Assembly (NCBI GenBank): GCA_002104945.1
Contig: MCFH01000014.1
Span: forward strand, 310,001-374,000
Reading direction: 5' to 3'
Source: Piromyces finnis finn
Taxonomy: Eukaryota; Fungi; Neocallimastigomycota
DNA length: 64,000 nt
Under the pieces are notes generated by a model that had not been told where the DNA came from, did no database searches, and was given only the letters and a program-made list of their open reading frames with translations. Below, one piece after another: positions 53,301 to 64,000 of the stretch. Numbering within the stretch: position 1 is the first letter of the stretch; every line of letters begins with the position of its first letter. The position numbers and the translations under genes were made by a program.

Positions 53301-54193
53301 CAAGCTACCATAGAGTGTGTAATAGTACTGGTAGTATTAACATGATGGAACCATCATTATCTTTATCTCAGCCTTTGGCCACCATCACCACTTCTACCAT
53401 TTCCTCTTCGTCTAACCATTTAAATCCTAATACCGCTGTAACCGAAGGTCGTTCAAGAAGTGGAAGCAAAACTTTCCTTTATTCCCTCTATCGTTCAAAT
53501 AGTGCAAGAAGTGCAAGAAGTACGAGAAAGGGCTTTAATACTTATTTGGATACGAACGTAAAATTATCCAATAATGGTCATGTGTCATCAACAAGTATGA
53601 CACCGCTTGATACCAAAGATAGTGACAATCCTCGAATGAGTAATAAGGATAATGACATGAACAAAAATGAAGCTTTTTATACTTCGGATATAAATTATCA
53701 TCCTTATATGATGGATTTGAAATCCTCCAATGAGCTTTACCTTGCTTCCCTTCAACAACAAATTCAACAACAACAGCAACAGCAGCAACAACGTCAATTT
53801 TCAATGATGCCAAATTCACCACCTTTAAATAATTCCAATTATTCTTCTGTTTTGGTTTCACCAACCGTTCCAGGAAACACATCATTCTCCAATAGTCATA
53901 TCAATATTCATTCTCAACCTCAATCACCAGTTATTTCTCATATTCAACCAAATACATTTACTGGTGGTATGAATGATAATAATTATGATTCTTCATTTTC
54001 TTCTTCATCCAAATCATTACTTCTCAAGTATTCTGATTCCCAAAATCAATTAGTGACCGTTGATTTAAACGACGAATCCATAATTCCTACTTCCTTTTTA
54101 AAAAATTATCCAAAGAATAATTCAACAACCGTCAACCCAGTGATTAGAAATTCTTTAAAAATTTTAAATATATTGGAACAAACCTATCTTTAA
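50381..54193 (+). CDS. Hypothetical 1270-aa Ser/Asn-rich protein with a possible PH-like domain (about aa 205-400)
   Basis: Long single-exon ORF with raised GC. Folded-looking region VLYEGQFNRW...FLITKNEIILF...WILKFYDRESMLYFISLIKYI, otherwise low complexity. Confidence 0.8.
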   Translation: MYSASLSQPESLKQNDEDDSFGGSFSLSQPNLTLNSYLTSPDYSPRLSSFQSNIRSPPAIMMTSLNGPKSFNNNENNTLQNRNHDGNSFSSSKVISIDNFKHSNYYVSPITTPKIVSPVLSNDALDSFSPSIKYYPLSPDHPGRKNSSYEKRGRKKSVVHALENIIEPNHQLDPVQNEIKKSKYERNFDEYQLGNNKKCKVLYEGQFNRWIEEDPYSIYSDDVIRFSTKPSSTIEQRNDLSFERIVSQNNNGYWQKNNFLITKNEIILFPNGKWDNRVVEVMTITDDINISISSILIARLEWIIEVKTIESNVYTQSNFIYQTSQAHHHEKEAKSNHGDSVESKMNKDAKLGSEKNSNKTNNASTTSNSSRSVQWILKFYDRESMLYFISLIKYIQTKKSNRLANEEKQAWDILESDISSFSSSEDNEEKHAALTKSMFSSLPLETKPTNKFETAFLPTFNYATGFSFNSNELGQNSHPPRRERTSSLGEHYYNPGLERKGSTKKTSPFSPVLETKGEYSEFNLRNKSTTYLKSQQQQQQQQPNHEEKRTTKDLDKKGLEALTNDVNALLKDSIQKAELEIMKLQNWSNNRPHSSINNGVGSTSVIKEEEEKEEKEAEEEKKENRGSEGEKEEKEKHGNKSLSSPKTNWQGSRDRTDRTRRSKINNWNPNSSAAIFTNIQLSYLDMLENKAKNKIIKLNKSSTATSKDTTVQTKSTNTENPITEEESNSKTENSKLKTYSVPPQRHRRSSSLTQTFIKDNEFIARRRDSFSAGSKIHPMALPLSSPSSKYNSISTDLTGISDGSSSNILRKGSLTGMSNNSSFYSPRSSSLFMDDINILQKNSQKRISGVFSPDMKSNSMLSASAGSEIPVVDQKSLNNDFNLFQYGISSNDSDGPIQRHSIQSNGSHNSLDSSGEAIGYSTSKSTPDVGQVLTVLQKNGLEGIDLPIPPIKEDDYSTPSTGVKNTITPPRRSSSYHRVCNSTGSINMMEPSLSLSQPLATITTSTISSSSNHLNPNTAVTEGRSRSGSKTFLYSLYRSNSARSARSTRKGFNTYLDTNVKLSNNGHVSSTSMTPLDTKDSDNPRMSNKDNDMNKNEAFYTSDINYHPYMMDLKSSNELYLASLQQQIQQQQQQQQQRQFSMMPNSPPLNNSNYSSVLVSPTVPGNTSFSNSHINIHSQPQSPVISHIQPNTFTGGMNDNNYDSSFSSSSKSLLLKYSDSQNQLVTVDLNDESIIPTSFLKNYPKNNSTTVNPVIRNSLKILNILEQTYL

Positions 54194-56433
54194 AAAAAAA
54201 AATATATAAATGCCAATTGATACTAAAGATTTGAAAAAAAAACAAAAACAAAAGGTATCAAGAAACAAACAAATGAACAAAAAAAAAAAAAAAAAAAAAA
54301 AAAAACCTCTCCTTTTTTTGTTAACTTGAAATAATTAATTCCTACAATACTAATCTTTTCTCTCTTACAAAATTCTTCCTAAACTTTTGAACATTTTCAA
54401 AAAATCAAATTTAAAATCTTTTTTTTTTTTTTTTTTTTTTATTTCTTATTTATTGAAAAAAAAAAAAAGATAGTTATGTGTAAATATTACATAAAATTCT
54501 GTCTGTCTGTTACTAATTACATATAAATATATATGTATTTTTTTTTCTTCTTCAAATCATTCTTTTATTATTTGTTAATAGTCGATTTTTTTTTTTTTTT
54601 TTTTTTCATTGTGTTTTTATTATTATTTTATTTTTAAAAATATATATTCGTTTTATTATTATTATTATAGTTTTTATTAAAAAAAAAAAAAAATGTAAAT
54701 AGCTTAAGGAAGAGTAAAAGGATAACTAAAAAATATATATAAAAGTAAAAGAAAATTTTATATATATAGATGTATACCTTTTTGTAAAAAAAAAAAAAAA
54801 GTAAAATAATGATAATAATAATGCTGATAATAATAAATAATAATAAAATAATAATAATAATTGATCAATCATAATATTATGTATAAATATAAAGTGGAAA
54901 TAATTTTACATAAAAGAAAGAAAGAAAAAAAAAAAAAAAAGAAGATTACAATGAAAGAAAAATATTATTCTAAACAATATTCATAATTTTAATCAAGTAA
55001 AAAGACTAAATAAATTCTACTATAAATCCATTCAATAAAAACAAAAAACGAAAGAGAAAAAACAAAAAAAGACAAAGTAAATTTTATTATAAGCCAATTC
55101 AATAAAACAAAAAACAAAAAAAAACAAATAATAATAATAATAACAATAATAATAATTATCATAATAAAAGTTTTGAAAAAAAAAAAAAAAAAATGCAAAT
55201 ATAAAATGACAAAAAAAAAAAAAAAATATTATTAATATAAACACTATTCTTATATAATAACCATTTCTAATAATTATATAATATATATATACAAATGATT
55301 AAAATTTAAAAGTGATATCAAATAAATAAAGCAAATAATATTTTATAATAATATGATGATGATGCATAAAAAAAGTCATAATAATTTGTAGTGTAAGTGT
55401 TGTTTAAAAGTATAAGCATTAAAAAAAAAAAAGGAATTTTTTTGAATAATTATTCAATAATGAAAATAAAATCCTTTTTTTTATCTATGGAAATGGAAAT
55501 ATAGGTTTTATATATATATAGTTTTCAAAATTCTGAGACTTGTATAAAAATATTAATTATTTTTAATAAATTATTAAAAAAAAAAAAGTTATATTTCCAT
55601 TTCTTTTTTTAATTTTTATTATTATTAATATTTTTAATTAACATCTTTTAAAATGAACTTTAATAATATTAATAATTAAGAAATTATAAATTAATTTATT
55701 TTTTTTTTTTTAAATAATTAAAAGTAATCTTTTTTCTATTTTTTATTTTTTCCTTTATATATATGATATTTTAAACATTTTAAATCCACAAAAACAACAA
55801 CAACAAAACAAAAAAAAAAAACATTTAAATAATCTTTATTAATATAGTATAATCTAATTACTGAACAATAATAATAATAGTTTTATTATTATATACATAG
55901 CATCATTTCTTTGTAGTACAATACATCTATGTTCTGTCATTATTGTTAACCATTAAAGAAATCTCTATAAAAATTAAATAATATATTAAATAATAATTAT
56001 AATTAGGTAGCATCTACCTTTTTATATATTATATACTGTTAAAAAAAAAAAAAAAAGATAATGAATATTTGTAAAAAAAAAAAAAAAAAAAGAATTATAG
56101 TTTTCTTAGTGTTTCTGAATGATTCTATTTTGCACAAAAAAAAAAAATAAAAAAATTCTTAATTAAATAAAAATTAATTTTTTTTTTTTTTAATTATTTT
56201 AAAGTTTAAAAATATTATATTTTATATATTAATTTTTTTTTCTTTTTCTTTTCTTTTTTGTTATTTTATTTCTGCTTTTAAAAATTAAATTTAAATTTTA
56301 TCCTTAATAAAAAATTAATTCTTTCCTTTTTTTTTTTATTATAGATATTGTTTTTATTCAAGTTCACTTTTTATATATAATACATTATACCTATTTATTT
56401 AATTATTAATTTATACCTATCTAATATATAAAA

Positions 56434-59848
<3,415 letters not shown>

Positions 59849-60976
59849 ATGGTATTAATAAGAAAGGAAAATAAGTAAACAACCAAACAAAAAAAAAAGT
59901 AGAAAGATAGAAAGAGGGGGAAAAAAAAAAGATAGGATAAATGAGTTATTATAGAAATTTTATACATTTATAATATATCAACCTCTTTTTTTCTTTTTTC
60001 TTTCTTTCTTTCTTAATCACCGATTATAATCCTTTTTTATATTTAATTAATTATTTATTTATTTTGTTTTTTTTTTTTCTCCATTAATACTTTTTTTTTA
60101 AAAAAAAAAAAAAAAAGAATATATATATATAAATAGTTTTTAATAATAATTATATGTATTATTTATTTATTTATATATATATTATCATTTAACATTATTA
60201 ATTTTGATAATGACAATCATATTTTATTCTAATTATATAAATATATATATAAAAAAAATATCTATTAAAAATAATGATTTAAAAAAAAAAAAAATACTTT
60301 TCATTTAAAAATGAATGACCATTGATATCAAAAAATATATATATAAAAAAAAAAAAATAAATAAAAATATATAAAAAAAAAAAAAAAAAATGGATATTAC
60401 TTAAATATAAGGATGACATGTGTTTATATGAAGGTTGTAGGATTAAAGAAGTAATATTGGATTTTAATAGAGATTACCATAATATATGTATATTTTTTTT
60501 TTTTTTAAAAAAAAAAAAAGAATAATTCATTAAGATTAATAATATAATATTATTATTTTTAATGAAAATGTAAGTTATAAGATATTAAGAAAAATAACAA
60601 TTACATTAGAGGATCTATTCGATAAATTTCTTTTTTTTTCAAATGATATTCAAATAAAATTAAATCTTTTATTTTTTTTAAAAAAAAAGGTTTTACTAAA
60701 AGGATAATATTAATAAATAATATGTATATATGTATATGTGGTAAGATAGTGGCCATCAAATTCTCAATATGAGTTTTTTTAATAGCTTTATGGAGCTACT
60801 AATGATAGAAAGGATTGTAGTTTATTCAAATGTCTTTGCTTCACCATACCAATTTGTAGCACATCCTAAATCAAGAAGAAATGTAAAAAGAATAGTTATA
60901 AATTAAAAAAAAAAAAGAATTGTCAAGAAAATTAAATGAATAAGTTCGGTATTCTGTAAAAACCTCTAAAAATTCT

Positions 60977-61820
60977 AATAATAATAATAATAGTAATAGT
61001 AATAGTAATAGTAATAGTAATAGTAATAGTAATAGTAATAGTAATAGTAATAGTAATAGTAATAGTAATAGTAATAGTAATAGTAATAGTAATAGTAATA
61101 GTAATAGTAATAGTAATAGTAATAGTAATAGTAAATAGTAATAGTAATAGTAATAGTAATAGTAATAGTAATAGTAATAGTAATAGTAATAGTAATAGTA
61201 ATAGTAATAGTAATAGTAATAGTAATAGTAAAAAAAATAGTAATAGTAATAGTAATAGTAATAGTAATAGTAATAGTAATAGTAATAGTAATAGTAATAA
61301 TAGTAATAGTAATAGTAATAGTAATAGTAATAGTAATAGTAAAGTAATAGTAATAGTAATAGTAATAGTAATAGTAATAGTAATAGTAATAGTAATAGTA
61401 ATAGTAATAGTAATAGTAATAGTAATAGTAATAGTAATAGTAATAGTAATAGTAATAGTAATAGTAATAGTAATAGTAATAGTAATAGTAATAGTAATAG
61501 TAATAGTAATAGTAATAGTAATAGTAATAGTAATAGTAATAATAGTAATAGTAATAGTAATAGTAATAAATAGTAATAGTAATAGTAATAGTAATAGTAA
61601 TAGTAATAGTAATAGTAATAGTAATAGTAATAGTAATAGTAATAGTAATAGTAATAGTAATAGTAATATAATAGTAATAGTAATAGTAATAGTAATAGTA
61701 ATAGTAATAGTAATAGTAATAGTAATAGTAATAGTAATAGTAATAGTAATAGTAATAGTAATAGTAATAGTAATAGTAATAGTAATAGTAATAGTAATAG
61801 TAATAGTAATCGGTAATAGT
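60977..61820. repeat. (AGTAAT)n hexanucleotide satellite of about 840 bp
   Basis: Direct inspection. Explains the poly-L/poly-Y ORF. Confidence 0.97.
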
Positions 61821-62865
61821 AAAACATTTACAATTTTAAATTATTTAATGGATTAGCCTTGTTTCATAGTCCTTACATTTCAAAATTAAATCGAATAGTT
61901 CTTTTGGAGACATATAAAATGATTATAAATAAGATTATAAATAAATTAAATAGTTTCTCCAATTTCGATATATTTAAATATATATTAAAGAAATTTTAAC
62001 TTTAAATTTTATAAAAATGTTTTTATTAAAATTGCAAAATGTTATTAATCCTATAAAAATATACAAGAAGTAATTAAAAAATATTCAAATTTTCTCTCTT
62101 TTTCTTTTTTTATTACTAAATATATAAATATAAAAGAAATAAATAAAATATATTTTTATTATAAAATTGTATTAGGTATACTATATTTTATAAATTGAAC
62201 TATTTATTTTGATATGAAACATAGCTACAAATTAGTCCTATTTAAAATAATTTTTATTATTTAAAATATGTAATTTCATATTTAAAAATTTATATTAAAT
62301 ATTTTATAATAATAATATAATAATTGATATATATTATAATATATTATTTATATATTAATTACAAAATATATTTACATATTTAATTATTTAATTATATTCT
62401 TAAATATTAATATATATTAGTATTTATTTATTCCTATATTCATTATTAAATGTATAGTTACATTTTATTGTAATACTTATTTGTATTACATTATTTTTAC
62501 TTTTATAGTAATATTTCTTTTAAAAATACTGTAAAATATATTATATTATATCCTATTTAATAATTATTCATATATTATTCATATATTACATTTTATAATT
62601 GATATTCAATTATATTTAATTATAGGAATTTTATAATATAAAGATATTCATGAAAAATAATTAATAATAAAAGAAAGATTTAATATTTAATAATAAAATA
62701 TAATAATTAAATAAGTGAAATTATTAGTAAGATAATTATAATAGTAAAATATTTTCACATAATATAATAAATTATAAATAAACTAATATTAAATGACTAC
62801 AACATAAAAGAAACATATATAAGTTTGTATATCATTTATTAATTTCTATGTTAAATTTTATTTTT

Positions 62866-62988
62866 AACATTAAATCAATTTACGTAATACGATAATTGGT
62901 TAAAAAGGTACATTATATATAAATGTACATTATTAAACATTAAATCAATTTACGTAATACGATAGTTGGTTAAAAAGGTACATTATAG
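62866..62988. repeat. About 52-bp direct repeat, period 70 bp
   Basis: AACATTAAATCAATTTACGTAATACGATA(A/G)TTGGTTAAAAAGGTACATTATA occurs twice. Confidence 0.85.
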
Positions 62989-63756
62989 TATTTAACATCA
63001 GCTTATATCTTTAATTTTATATATCCCATTGTTACTACTTATTGTGTATATTACATTATACAAAATTTATTCCATTTTATAATATATAATGTAATTTTAT
63101 ATAAAAATAAAAATATAAGTAATGCATGTTATATTAATTTATTTTTCAGTTTACATAGTTTACATGTATAATTTTAAAGTTACATCATATAGTTAATTTT
63201 ATTTTCGGTTTTAATATATTAAATATTGTTCGGTAATATGTCTTTTTTTTTTTTTTTATGATGAAGTTTTATATAAAAATATTATATAATTACTAATGGA
63301 AATAGAATGTGTAGAAGATATAAGATTTGTATTTGTAATATCAAAAAGTTTAATATAAGCTTTTTTCAATGATGCCTTCAAGTTCAAAATAATTGAACTT
63401 TATGCAAATTTAAATTTAATTTAGTATTTAATATAAATAAACAATAAAATGTAATCATTTTTTTTTATTTTCTATATATCATTACTTTTCATATTTGTAT
63501 AAATTAAGGAAATCATTTTTATTATTATAATAATTAAAAACTATAACCATTTTTATTATACTACATATAGAAATAACTATAAATTTAGTTCAAGAAAATG
63601 ATTTCCTTTCGCATCTTATAGGACTAGCTGATAATATTTAATGAATTTTTGAACTATTTCTGAATAAAACTTTTATCGATAAAACCTAAATAAATTAGTA
63701 TTTATTAACTTCAAAATTAATAAAATACTACTGTATTAGTAGAGGTATTTTCCAAA

Positions 63757-63979
<223 letters not shown>

Positions 63980-64000
63980 ATCATAATGTTTTAAAATAAA

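Noticed and set aside
60730-60960. LLDLGCA methyltransferase-like motif on the minus strand
   Set aside because: Flanked by stop codons within a few dozen residues and compatible with chance.

Overview
Very AT-rich, intron-containing fungal DNA. Fungal dockerin (CBM10-type) modules and poly(A/T)-rich introns point to an anaerobic gut fungus (Neocallimastigomycota). Genes: two tandem tryptophan synthase (TRP5-type) copies, a cellulosomal CBM35-GH26 mannanase, a frameshifted AAA/PD-(D/E)XK remnant, a Dicer with no helicase domain, two paralogous 43-aa peptide genes missed by the ORF track, a bacterial-type glycosyltransferase split by one homopolymer frameshift, a 1270-aa unknown protein and RVB2. 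Mobile DNA: a full-length single-ORF LINE with a 15-bp target-site duplication (TSD), a decayed LINE fragment, a tRNA-like-headed SINE sharing a structured 44-nt segment with the LINE, and a copia-like LTR element with identical 217-bp LTRs. The strongest candidate for novelty is that LTR element: it has no gag/pol ORF and carries one intact secreted-protein gene whose core resembles the colicin M lipid II-hydrolase domain. All alignments and counts were done by eye; no searches were run.
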